Assembly: GCA_010909165.1 (NCBI GenBank)
Contig: MU008155.1
Location: forward strand, 868,001-932,000
Direction: 5' to 3'
DNA length: 64,000 bases
DNA from: Anthoceros angustus
Lineage: Eukaryota > Plantae > Anthocerotophyta
The notes below the pieces were generated by a model, which did not search any database, was not told the origin of the DNA, and worked only from the letters and a program-made list of their open reading frames with translations. The translations under genes were made by a program, and so were the position numbers. Shown piece after piece: positions 1 to 12,000 of this stretch (position 1 is the stretch's first letter; every line of letters starts with the position of its first letter).

Positions 1-408
1 CAAATATATTTAATTTAAAAATTAAAAAAATATGTGCAATCATTAGCAAGAGAAGCTCTTTCCAACGAGATGTCACATGAATCTTTCCAACAGGTCTTTC
101 ATTTGCTTTGATGAACGAAACTTCAAGGGCTTCAAACGGGAACATTCACATCAAAAAGAAGCGTCCCTATCTCAAGAAAGCAAAAAAGGATGCGCCAAGT
201 CCACATCCCCCTTGTCTCGATCAAGGAACGAACAGCACTTTACGCATTCCATTTGGCTAGACTGACTGGCACAAAACTCCGACCTTACAGAACTACGCGC
301 ACGCCGCCTACTACCTTGTTGCCTCAACGGCACACAAAGAAACCATTTGGGCATGGAATTCAATGATTTATTAGAACAAGAGAAAGGTTTATATATACGA
401 GTTCCAGA

Positions 409-550
409 TGGTTGCAACTGCTCAACTGCGATCCTGCAATTGGTGCTCATAACTGAAATGCATGTCTAGACTTAAGCTATGATTTAATATGAAATGTGCC
501 CTAGACTCCTGATCTAATCCGCAACCGCTAAACCCTAGGTTGCGGCAATA
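409..550 (-). repeat. Probable 3' LTR (~140 bp) of copia element 1
   Basis: On the minus strand it starts TATTGC (TG variant) right after a purine tract GAGAGGGAG (551-559) and ends GCAACCA. The partner LTR is not in the window, so the end is approximate. Confidence 0.5.
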
Positions 551-2535
551 CTCCCTCTCACTGCGGATTTGCCAATCTCATGTCCTTGAAATCCATGACG
601 TCTATCTCTTATGCTTGCGTCCAATTGATCCTGAGTCTATTATCAAACATCCGGTGGCTTCTTCAGCTCGCGAGTCACTTGATCACAATTGTGAGTGAAA
701 GGATCAGAAGTCTCGAGCAAGTTGAAGTCCCCAAGCGCATATGTGACAGAGCTAAATTAGTGAGGAAGCCCAAGAGAGATAGCTCGCATCTAGCTTCACA
801 ATGCGCTTCCAATGAGTCAGTACGAGTAGTTCTGGGTTGCAACTTCCCAACCTCTGCCTGAAGATGTGGATGGTAGTGGCTAACACTGAAAACATTGGCG
901 AAAGCGGTCATTGCAGTATAAAGGGCTCCCCCTCATGTTGAAGCTGGGGAGGCTTGATGCCCACCTCCCAGATAAGTCTCCTTTCGGATCAAGCCGATGA
1001 TGTTTACGTGCTTCTCATGCAAAGGCTTCGGCAGACCCTTGGTCAGCAAGTCAGATGTATTGTCTATTATGTTGACGTATTTCAGTAGAACCTGCTTGTT
1101 GTTGACTACCAGGTGGATGAAGTAATGCTGCATCTCCACATGCTTTGTCCTCGCGTGTAAAACGTGGTTGTGTGTTATTGTTATTGCTTATTGGTTGTCG
1201 CAAAGCAATTCTGTTGACTAAAGTTGCTCCTCATGGATGTCCTTCAAAAACTGTCTGATCCACAATATCTCCTTAGCTGCGAGTGAAGTGGCGGCATACT
1301 CAGCTTTTGTACTGCACAAAAAAATTGTCTGCATCTTCTTGCAACTCCAGGAAACGGATGAGTTGTTGATGATCATGCAGTATGCTGCTGTGGATTTTCT
1401 AGCGTCGAGGTCCCCTACCCAATCTGCATCTAAGTAGGATGTTAGCTTGTGCTTGCCTGTGGGATCACCTCTGTAGATGAGTCCCAGTGACTTGGTGCCT
1501 TTCAAGTAACGGAAAACTCATTTGACGCAGGTCCAGTGGGCTTATCCAGGATTAGACAGATATCTAGAAGCAATGTTGATAGCTTGAGCAATGTCTCAGG
1601 TCTTGTCCAAATTGACAAGTACAGGAGGCTGCCGACGGCTTCATTGTAAGGTACTTGCTGCATCTCCTTCGACTCTTTAGGTGTGGTTGGGCAATCCTCG
1701 GCAGTAACCTTCTCCCCTGTGGCAATGAGTGTTGACGTTGGTTTTTCTTCCTTCAAGTTGAATCTCTCCATAAGTTGGTCCACATAGCGTTCTTGGTGGA
1801 TGAAAATGAGTGATCTATGGCGTTATACTCAAACTGAACACCAAGCGCATAGCGAAGGGGTTCAATATCTTGTACCTCATACTCTCTGGACAGAAGATCC
1901 TTCACATGTTGGATGAAGGGTAGGTCGTTGCCAAAGATAAAGTTGTTGGCCACGTATAGGGTGACGATGACGAACTTGCTCTTGTCCTTGAGAACGTACA
2001 CAATCGTGTATGAGGTAAGTGGTGTGAAACTACATTTTTTCAAGTAGAGATCTATTGTCTCATTCCACACTTGCGCTGACTGCTTCAAGCCATATATGGA
2101 CTTCAGAAGCTTGCATAGCTTTTTGGGATCTTGCACGAACCTTGGAGGTTGTAGCATGTAGATGTCTTCGTATAAAGTGCCATAAAGAAACATTTTTTTA
2201 ACGTTGACCTGATGCACTTGCAGGTGATGCTGGGCGGCGAAGGCTAGAAGGATTCGTATGGATGTGGACTTCACCACTAGGCTGAATAGCTTGTTCTTCT
2301 CATAGTTAAAACCTAGCACCTGAGTGAAACCTCATGCGACGAGGCATGCCTTGAACAGGGCCACAGTACCATCATGGTTGAGCTTCCTCCTAAATGTTCA
2401 TTTGCACGAAATCAACTTTCTACCAGTTGGAAGATCGGTCAGCTTCCAAGTCTTGTTTGCTATCAGGGAGTCATACTCAGATTTGACAGCAGTTGTTTTG
2501 ACATCTTCTGTCCATTATGGAGTGCTGAGGGCTTT

Positions 2536-2666
2536 GTTGATGGAGAGAGGTACGCCTTGCATCTCCATATTTTTTTTTTAATTTGGTATTTTGAAAATAA
2601 ATCAAAACAACCCCGGGGGAGAAATCTTCAACAAGGGTTGATGGAGAGAGATACGCCTTGCATCTC
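2536..2666 (-). mobile_element. 71-bp poly(A)-tailed insert (2566-2636) with 30-bp direct repeats; likely a 5'-truncated non-LTR retro-copy
   Basis: GTTGATGGAGAGAG(G/A)TACGCCTTGCATCTC at 2536-2565 and 2637-2666 (1 mismatch). The insert has a T10 run at 2570-2579, i.e. an A-tail on the minus strand. Confidence 0.55.
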
Positions 2667-5600
2667 GATAGATGATAAGGCCTGGTGTAGGGCATGCTCA
2701 AGCTGATTGGTAGGGGGTTGAGAGTTGGCAGGTATCTCTTGGAGTGGAGTAGGTGTTGGTATCTCATGGAATGGAAGGCGGGTTTCTCCACTCATGACTT
2801 AGCAGCCGGTGGCATGTGGAGCGCCGCAAAATGGGAGGTGCTACTAGTGCTGCAGGTGAAGCTTCAGAAATAGGGTCCGGTGGAATTACCTCGGCAAGGA
2901 TAATGTCTGGTGGTGCTGGAGGAGGCGGAATAACTTGGGGTGGAATAGGTTGTGTTGGTTGTGAGGCAGGTGCTAGTTGTGGTTGGGCAGTAGGTGCTGG
3001 CTGGTACTGCTGAGTTACCTCAGGATCTTGTAGAAAATCGGGAACATGGGTATCATAATGTGTGGCCCCCTTAAGGTCGAGAGGGTAGCTAAGAAAAAAG
3101 ACCGTAAAGGGTAGGTTCAAGTAAGAGGTCATATGTGGTGGAGGAATGAGAGTAAATGTGCAGGAGATAAGCTTCATTAAACACCATAATGTTCTTTCCG
3201 TCGGAATAAACAGGAAGCGGCGTTTTCCCACTTTATACAAATAACCGGCGGCAACATGGGCACTCAAACCCTTCTTGGACTATTTGTTTTGAAAGTAAGA
3301 GGGAAAAAAGGGTGCCATGTTACTTGAACATGAGTTCATGACATGGGGTGGCCAAACAAAGGGATTTGTTGGAAGACTGAATACAATTTTGCCTGCAAAA
3401 CATGCCCATATCTGAGTCCATGTTGGCCGGGGGTTGCAGAGGGCCTGCTATGCTTTGTAATATGCATTTTTTACATGCATGGTGAGTGGTTTGGGAAATA
3501 TATGGATATGCAAGAAGTGTTCAGTACACACGGGTTCTAACAATTTGTAACGTGGACGAGGTGTACGGCCTTGATTGTATTCTCGCACACGCCAATGCAA
3601 CATCATGCCGGCGGTTGTTTTTCCCAATTTTATTGTGGCTGGTATACAAGGCACGTTATGCGTGGCGCCGGCATGCCGCCCCCACTCCGCACCGTACAGA
3701 TGAACTTCTATCCATTCCCATCTCGCGGTTAGCGATAAGCAACAAGCGCATTTCTGAGTTCATGGGCATATTAATTAACCTCATGCCTTGGGACAATACA
3801 AAAGAGATGTGGGTGACACTTTTGTGAGTCCGCTTTGTCTGGTTTGAATTGATAACATCGTATTAATGAGCGGCAAGAATAAAGTAGTATTTCCTAATCT
3901 TAGGTGAGTCCCATAGAGAACTATATAATTGTGAACATCTACTACTCAACATGCTCGCCTATTTTCCAAGGGCATGTTGTCAGACAGTTTGGCCCTTTCA
4001 AACATCTGGCAGACAATTTCACTCCTCGCCGACTCAATTCCTTCATCCAATATAGGACCTCCGTCCTTGACTTCACAGTCGCGTCGTCTCTCACAGTTGC
4101 GAAAAGGCGGAAGATTTAGTTTTGAATGGCCTTCTTATCTCAAGCATACAAGTGTTTCCTTCCATTCAAGTTGAATCCATAATAGAGAATTATAGTCTTG
4201 TCCACAAACAACCATTGGATGTTCTTTGGTAATCCTCTTTTCCCACGCTTCCCATGTCCTGCGTCACGTGGGTCCCGAACAAAAATTCTTCAACATATTT
4301 CCTTCAAAGCATCGGTGTGCTCGATTACATGCAGGTGGACCATTAGCGAAGGTTTCTCACAAAGTCCACGCTGTCCACCTTCCCAATCCAAAATGCCCTG
4401 TTATGTGCGTCTCCTGCACATGGAGTAGCGATGAACATTCCTTTCCGTATCTCCTTGATATCCCATTCATTTTTTCAATTTGTTCTTTGTTGGCGACCAA
4501 TATTCGATATGCCCCAAATACATATCGCGTTGGGGTACCTCTCGAGTAATGCTTCACGAGGACAACCTCTTGAGGACTTGAAGCGGAGGCAAGTTCGCCT
4601 CTGCCTCCGCTCTATTGTACCACCTCCATCGCTGTTACACCACAAGAGCTATGTTGTTCTCCACAATAATGGCGATTCCCTCCTGATCAACCCAAAACAA
4701 CCTCCACCACACTCTCTCGGCCGCCGTTATGTACGTCCTCAAGTTCAATAACCCATTCTTCAAGTGCGCCACACCTTCTGTGGGCGACAGACCTCCATCT
4801 TGCCCCTTTTTGTCTTTCGCTTTCAAAGCCATAAGCGGAGCTGGACCAACTGCAATGGTGGGAACGAAGTTCAAAAATTCTAAACCATCTTCTGATTCCC
4901 AGACTGGTGAAGTGGAATACTTCTGCGAACAATAATGCGTGGCCGCAGTCTTGCCGTTCTTCCGTGTGATTTTGAACGATGTTGGAAGGAAAGGTTGTTC
5001 GGTTGTTTCGCCTTGTATGCATATCCTCTTGCTCCTTTCTTGATCGACCATACATATGAACGAAAGTCAGCTACTTCCGTTATAATCTTCACTTGGTTTT
5101 GGAGTGAATGCTGCTGTCAAAATGTCCGCTAGTGTATCTATTGTAAAAGCTTCTTTGTGTCTCAGAAGCTTCGAGAAACAAGAAAACATTTGATCTACCT
5201 GATCATGTGTGTGACCAACCAGAAGGAAACCAACCTTCACTTTAACAAACACTTGAAGGTCAACGAGCATATTGAGGTATGCGAATAACAGCTGATTTTT
5301 GTTCTCCCGGCATGTATTGTCAAGCTGGAGATAAAGCACTTTAGGAAGCACCCCTTCATATGAAAATATGACATCTTGAATTATGTTGATAGTAAGATTC
5401 GCGTCATTCCGCAAATTGGCATAATGCAAATACGCTCTCGCCTTGAAAGTGTAATTATGCACCATACAACCCACTACATGAACATTAATAAGTGAACTGT
5501 CCGATAAATCTTTTGGGTATCGAATGAAATGGGGCAGCTCGGTCTTCTTTTGGTCCATGCCGTCGATAGCCAGAAGCATGTACTTGTGAGGTTGAGCATA

Positions 5601-5677
5601 ACTTTTAGAGCGATGCTTTGCAGCTTTGTCCCTCTCGTTAGGACGGTCGATGAGGCCTTGATGCCCTTCATAAACCT

Positions 5678-6255
5678 CTGCACAGCCGGCAAACTATGCA
5701 CATGTCAGAACATACTCCACATCGATCTCCACACCGGATGTATGGCGCCCATGTATTGCATACCATGCACGATACCCATGGGGAACAATATATGCCCATG
5801 GGCGCCGGCGTGCTGGCACCTGCATACCCTGACCTATGGACATAGGCGCCGGCATGCCGGCGCCTACATAACCATTGCTATGGACATAGGTCGGGTCATG
5901 CCGGTGCCTGCATAAATCGAGGTATGGACATAGGCGTCGGCATGCCGGCACCTATGGAACCAGAGCTATGGGCAAAGGCGCCGGCATGCCGGCGCCTTTG
6001 TAACCAGAGCTATGGTTCAAACTGCCGGCGCCTTTGTAACCAGAGCTATGGACATAGGCGGCATGCCGGCGCCTCTGGCGCGGCACCCGATGTCACGGCA
6101 TGCCAGCGCCCACATATTATCAACATTGGTGTGGGCATGACGGCGCCCATAAACCAGATTGGATAAACACGATCCCTACCATGCCGGCAACATGTCAACG
6201 AACAGCATTCGAGTTTCCCCCAGACTTGATTCGCCTTGTGATTAAAGGAACAAAC
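5678..6255 (-). other. Phase-1 GT-AG intron of the transposase gene, filled with a palindromic tandem array
   Basis: Donor CAAG|GTTTGT at 6255 and acceptor CTGTGCAG|AG at 5678. Splicing gives ..GKADQ-E-VYEGHQGL..KYMLLAIDGMDQ in frame. Confidence 0.8.
5795..6190. repeat. Array of ~40-45 bp units with palindromic core GGCGCCGGCATGCCGGCGCC
   Basis: Perfect palindromes TAGGCGCCGGCATGCCGGCGCCTA (5843-5866) and CAAAGGCGCCGGCATGCCGGCGCCTTTG (5973-6000). Variants at ~5801, 5897, 5931, 6023, 6055, 6097, 6135, 6180, often preceded by CTATGGACATA. Confidence 0.9.
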
Positions 6256-7349
6256 CTTGATCTGCCTTGCCAGACGTGTTGCGAATAGTGCGCTTGAGGC
6301 CCTTGCACAGAGAACAAGTAGAAAACCGGTTTGATTTTGGAATCCGAACCTTCGGAAAGTTGGTTCTCCACAAAGTTAAGAAATACGCATAGGAGACGAA
6401 CTTCATAGAGGACCGTGTCATATCTCCGTCGGTACTGGGCCCATATTTCCAACTTGGAAAATGTATCAGGCATGTGAAAAACATCGATGTTCGGCAGTCT
6501 TTCTGACATGAATTGAAAAGTGGAATCGATCCATGCAACAGCTCCCTGTGCATGCGAGGAGGGTTGCCGGGGATTCAGTCTGGCTCCGTCCCATGGAGCA
6601 TTGCACAATACTCTGGCCTTCAACTCCTCGTGCTCGAACCGATGACTCTCAGATGCTTGCAAACAACACCGAATGCGCCCAGCCCCATGATATGTGTGAT
6701 GACCTTCTCCTTAGGTTTCGCGCGTCCACATCCACTAGTGACGCAAAACGCTTCTTGCTCCGCCCTCCCCATCCTCAGATAACGATAGCGCTGCTCTTGC
6801 AAGTTTGCCTTGCACAGAGTTTGCACACACAGCTTGTTGCAGCATGGTTTCCGAAAGTCCACTATGACAACTTTGCTATCGCTTTTGGACAATGGAACCC
6901 CACAAGCCCGCCTTTTCTGAACCACCGAATCCACACATCGTTCTGCTACAAACGTTTCACTCAGTGGCTTGGGGTGGAAAGAGCAGCTCTCATTACCCCT
7001 CCCTTGTGCCGATACCGGTTCGGCAATCGGTGATTCATCGCGAGGTATGGCCGTGTTGACCCTGCTTTCATCTACTGCAAAAAACCCCGGCGGCGCAATG
7101 TCGGCGACCGTATTTGTCCTCTTCCTCCATGCCTCGAACTTCCCGGACTCCGCTCCATAGCTGCATAGAGGTTCACGTTTCTTGGAGTGTGGGGAACACA
7201 CCGAGGAAGTCTTGGTGATGTTTGCATGCGCCTCCTCCAGCCTTCGCCTGAAGAAGTCATGTCAACAGTATTTAGTACTCAAGCATCCACCTGGTTTGTC
7301 TACAATTCCGGTTCCATAAAAAGTGCGTCGGAGTGTAGAGGGAGAGGAC

Positions 7350-9020
7350 TGTGGAAGACCACATGTACACTAACCCTCCCCTGGACTGTTGGTTTGAATG
7401 TTCTTTTTTGTTTTTCTTATGTTTTGTGTGATGGAGTGCTTAGGAAATGTCCGAGGCAAGGCCTTTTATAGTAAAAGTAGTCCTTGGCCCATGACAATAT
7501 TACTTTTAGTCCTTGGACCTCGAACACTGTGAATGTCGGCGACCGTGATTTGTCCTCTTCCTCCATGCCTCGAACTTCCTGACTCCGCTCCATAAATGTA
7601 TAGAGGTTCACGCTTGGAGTGGGGAACACACGAGGAAGTCTTGGTGATGTTTGCATGCGCCTCCAGCCTTCACCAAGAAGTCATGTCAACGATTTAGTAC
7701 TCAAGCATCCACTGGTTTGTCTACACCCGGTTCCATAAAAAGTGCCGGAGTGTAGAGGAGAGGACTGGAAGACCACATGTACACTAACCTCCCTCGATGT
7801 TGGTTTGAATGTTCTTTTTTGTTTTTCTTATGTTTTGTGTGATGGAGTGCTTAGGAAATGTCCGAGGCAAGGCCTTTTATAGTAAAAGTAGTCCTTGGCC
7901 CATGACAATATTACTTTTTAGTCCTTGGACCTCGAACCTGTGAATGTCAGGCCAGGCTAGAAGGTCCCTCGACCTTGGGATTTTTAGGAATAAAAATTGT
8001 CTATATAAGGTGGGGGATCCTTCATTCAGCAACGTGGTGCAGGGAAGTGGGGAGGTGGCTAGTTCCACAACGGTGGCCGAATATGGAACGTACAAATACA
8101 GGCCAGGGAGGAGATAACAACCCTAGTTGCGGAGCCGGGGTTGACAGTGAGCTGAGCACTAGCAGAGTTGGAGCGCAATTGGAAGAAGACCGCACCTTGG
8201 TACTGTGACTCTGCGAGATTTCAAGGGGCCAGGCGAGCTGAAGTTCGGCAACCGGGCGGGACTGCAGTGAAGTTAAGTGAAGGAGGCACATGCGACGAAT
8301 GAGGAGCTCCAGAATGAAATTTCACGAGCCCAGGAACAAGTGGAGACGCTGGCACCTCTGGAGAAGTTCAAGAAGCTAGCGGAGAGGTATAAGCGAAAGA
8401 GAGATGAGGCTAGAGCGTGGATGGAGGAACGCATGGGTACACGATGATGAAGGCGAGCCAGCGTGCGCAGAGGCGATGACAGGCGGCACCTCCTTGCGGG
8501 AGTGAGAGGACCTCGGATGGCGGAGTGAGGTGGAGGTATTAAGGGAGAATCTTCGGATCGGCGTGGTAGGAGGCGAGGGAACACCCATGGGCCGGGGCTA
8601 GGCGGCAAAGTAGAGGCAGGCGTCTTGATTTTAGAGGCGGCATCATAGGTCGGGGCTTTCACTTGGATTAGAGGATAAGGTGCTAGGAAGCACAGGAACA
8701 GATACCCGAATTGGTAGGCGCTCGTGGTAGGTTAGCCATCTTTAGAATCGGAGGTAGGTTAGCCATCTTTAGACCGGAAAAGTGAGTTCAGGCGCTCCGG
8801 CGGATGTAAAAGAGACCCCTTGGCGTCTCTCGTTAGACAATTTAGTGTGAGCTCCGTGTGTGAATTTATGCGTGTGGTTGGTTGGAGGCATCCGATCGAT
8901 GGCCAGGCTGATTCGGTGTCAGTCCTCTCGTCACAAGAGGGCCGGGAGATCCTGGATGGTCGAGGCGGTGACCAAGCTCCGCGTCTGGGGTGACTAGTGG
9001 TGAAGGGTGCTCAACGCATG
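7350..9020 (+). repeat. Gypsy family A LTR, 5' part (start duplicated at 7766), interrupted at 9020 by family B
   Basis: Begins TGTGGAAGACCACATGTACAC. The same start follows a PPT at 57513 and occurs inverted at 61322. Colinear with the reverse complement of 60150-61322. Confidence 0.8.
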
Positions 9021-12000
9021 TGTGAACGATCTAGACTCGGAAACCCCCTGTTGAAATGTGCCTTGAAGTGTTTTTTTTTGTTTTTTTGGTTAAGAATGGT
9101 GTGAAAATAAGTCAGGTTGACAGTAGGCAAAGGTATTTATAGTAGAAATGTCCTTGGCCTATGGGGTTTTTCGTGTTTCTGTTTCTTAGATTAGATAATA
9201 AGTGGTCCGGGTACTCAATGTTCCTTGGCCCATGGACTTGGGATATCCACTAAAAAAGTCTATATATGTGAGATAGGGGGTTGGCATAATTAGGGGTTTG
9301 TCAGTCTATGAGCTAGAGGTCGACCCAACCGGGCGGTAGTTGGAAGGGTGAGAGGTTGCAGAATGAGATGACTGGGGGAGCGGTCGTAGAAGACGACCAG
9401 CGGTAGTGGAAGCCGGGGAACTTAACCCTAAGGAAACCGGGGAAAGTAACAGAAGCGCGTTCAAACGGCGGAGCGCAACGGCGGCTGGAGCAAGAGTGAG
9501 GAGCGGAGCGCAACGGCGGCTGGAGCGCGAGGACGTCGAGGAGCTGCATCTGGGGGTGGTACCGCGATCTGCTGGAGAGCGGGAGGGTAACCGTGAGGAG
9601 GGCAGCCCCGAACCCTCACCAGTGAGGTCGCAAACCCCGGCGTAGAAGGAGGGCGGCGCTGCTGGCGGCGCGGGTTGTTGAGGAGGTAGGAACACTGGAC
9701 GGCTGACCCTGCTAGGAATTTCGAAGCAAGACTCCACCAATTCCAGCGCGAGGCGGGAGGCTGTGGAGGATGGCGCCCAAGGTCACAGATTAGATTGTGT
9801 TTCAATGGCCAAACATGGATCATTGGAAAGTCCGAAAGCCGGGGAATTGGTGAAGGAGTCGGAGCTTGGCTTCCATGGAGAAGCGGTGGAATTACGTGAA
9901 CTTGGAATTGGTGTAGGAGTGTGCTCACACCAAGGACAAGCAAGCAGGGAATTAGAGCGAAGCCGCAGGATTGGGACCGAATTGGTTAGGAGAGTGTATG
10001 GGCGCGGTGAAGAGGCGTGGTAGGAGAGCGAGGAACACCCATGGGCCGGAGGAGGCGAGGGGAGAGAGAATGAAGGAGGCGGCGCTGATTTTAGAGGGGG
10101 CGCATCATAGGTCGTGGGCTTTCACTTGGATTAGAGGATAAGGTGCTAGGAAGCCTGTGAACCAGAGATACCCGAATTGGTATACTGGTAGGTTAGCCAT
10201 CTTTAGATACCGGAGGTAGGTTAGCCATCTTTAGACACCGGAAAAGTGAGTTCTGGCGCCGCGGCGGATGTAAAAGAGACCCTGCCTCTCGTTAGACAAT
10301 GTGTGAGCTCCGTGTGTCGAATTTATGCGTGTGGTTGGTTGGAGGCATCCGATCGATGACGGGCTGATTCGTGTTGTCCTCCTCGTCACAAGAGGGCCGG
10401 GAGATCCTGGATGGTCGAGAGTGACCAAGCTGCCACCTGGGGTGACTAGTGGTGAAGGGTGCTCAACGCGCATGTGTGAACGATCTAGACTCGAAACCCC
10501 TTGAAATGTGCCTGAAGTGTTTTTTTTTGTTTTTGGTTAAGAATGGTATGAAAATAAGTCGTGATGAGCAAAGGTGTTTATAGTAGAAATGTCCTTGGCC
10601 TATGGGGTTTTACGTGTTTCGCTTTCTTAGATTAGATAATAAATGGTCCGTACTCATGTTCCTTGGTCCATGGACTTGGGATATCCACTAAAAAGGTCTA
10701 TATATGTGAGGTGGGGGTTGGCATAATTAGGGGTTTGTCGCCTAGGAGCCGGAGGTCACCCAACCGGCGGTAGTTGGAAGGGTGAGAGGTCATAATGGAT
10801 GATCGGGGAGCGGTCGAGAAGACCACCAGCCGTAGTGGAAGCCGGGAACTTAACCCTAAGGAAACCGGGAAAATATGAGCGTTCAAGCGGAGCGCAACGG
10901 GCGGCCGAGTAAGAGTGAGGAGCGAGGCCTGGGCCGGAGCGCGAGGACGCCGAGGAGCTGCATCGTGGTACCGATCTGCTGGAGAGCGGGAGGGTAACCA
11001 TGAGGAGGGCAGCAACCCTCACCAGGAGGTCGCAAACCCCGGGGAGGGCGGCCCGGGCGCCGGGTTGTTGAGGAGGTAGGAACATCGACGGCCGACCACT
11101 AGGAATTTGAAGCAAGACTCCACCAATTCCAGCGCGAGGCGGGAGGCTGTGGAGGGATGGCGCCCAAGGTCACAGCTGAGATTGTGCTTGCTCAATGGCC
11201 AAACATGGATCATTGGAAAGTCCGAGCTGGGGAATTGGTGAAGGAGCTGGAGCTTGGCTTCCATGGAGAAGCGGTGGAATTACGTGAACTTGGGACTGGT
11301 GTAGGAGTGTGCTCGCCACCTGAAGGACAAGCAGTCGGGCGAGGGAATTAGAGCGAAGCCGCAGGATTGGGACCTGGAATTGGTTAGGAGAGTGTATGGG
11401 CGCAGTAAGGAAGAGGCAGGTGGTTTGGTGATGGAACCGTCCAAGAGAGAAGACAGCGCAGTATACCGTTAAGGCGGGCGAATGGGAACCCAACGGCCGG
11501 TCAATGCGAGATTTGGCAATGTCAGCTGATGGGTCCGCCGATGGCTCCTATGTTTCGCAGACAAGAAGGTGATTATTTGTCTCGACCACTTGTCATTGTT
11601 CCTCCAATGAAGGTTAAGGGGCGAAAATCGATTGGGGACGAATTCTCTTGGTTATGTGAAGAGAGGTTGAACTCGATTTCTCCCTACCCTCGACCCTCTC
11701 TAATTTCACCATTTCGGTCCGCCAGAGGGGCGAGGACCATGGACTTTGAACGGGGAAAGCGATGCATGAACAAGGAGCGGGAAGTGGAGCAGGGCGCGAT
11801 CTTGAGGAAGCATGCAGAGGGAGGAGGCGGGTGGCGGAGGGGGAACCGAAAGTGTTGTGGACGATATTGTGGTGCCCGCGACACCACGATCGCCTAGGGT
11901 TGGTGGAAGCCGCATGCCCGGATTGGGGTCAATGGAGGCAGGCAACGAGGGTCAGGTCGTGCAAGCAAATAATGGAAAAGAGGTGGAGGGTGCCCGAGAC

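Larger units (their letters stand above)
409..3186 (-). mobile_element. Ty1/copia LTR retrotransposon 1, 3' half only (integrase tail, RT, RNase H, PPT, LTR), decayed
   Basis: Fragments VFNE (integrase C-term, ~3170-3186), KCTFRRK..DGT.A.FKA.LVA, LLKSIYGLKQSAQVWN, LYVANN (degenerate YVDD), VPYNEAVGSLLYL..WTRPE, YLDADWVGDLDARKST, STKAEY, KHVEMQHYFI, DLLTKGLP. Order IN-RT-RH is copia. Several stops and frameshifts. Confidence 0.93.
4100..7260 (-). pseudogene. DUF7869-type (Sola1-like) DDD transposase, two exons, frameshifted outside the catalytic core
   Basis: Pieces in order: CCNKLCVQ..; AVAWID..SERLPN...HMP; YFLTLWRTNFPKVRIPKSNRFSTCSLC; intron 6255-5678; HKYMLLAIDGMDQKKTELPHF; LYLQLDNTCRENKNQLLFAYL; VGFLLVGHTHDQVDQMFS (ORF 5067-5579); C-terminal RAFWIGKV. 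ATG at 7260; the C-terminal end is approximate. Confidence 0.85.

Noticed and set aside
1-408. Short ORFs at the window start
   Set aside because: No recognisable motif; left unannotated.
5795-6190. CRISPR-like spacing of palindromic repeats
   Set aside because: The spacers resemble each other (CTATGGACATA, AACCAGAGCTATGG), no cas genes are present, and the array lies in a spliceosomal intron.
7337-7349. Purine tract before LTR A as a PPT
   Set aside because: It differs from the family PPT (ATGAGAAGGGAG), lacks the AGGA hairpin, and the upstream sequence is the transposase 5' region rather than pol.
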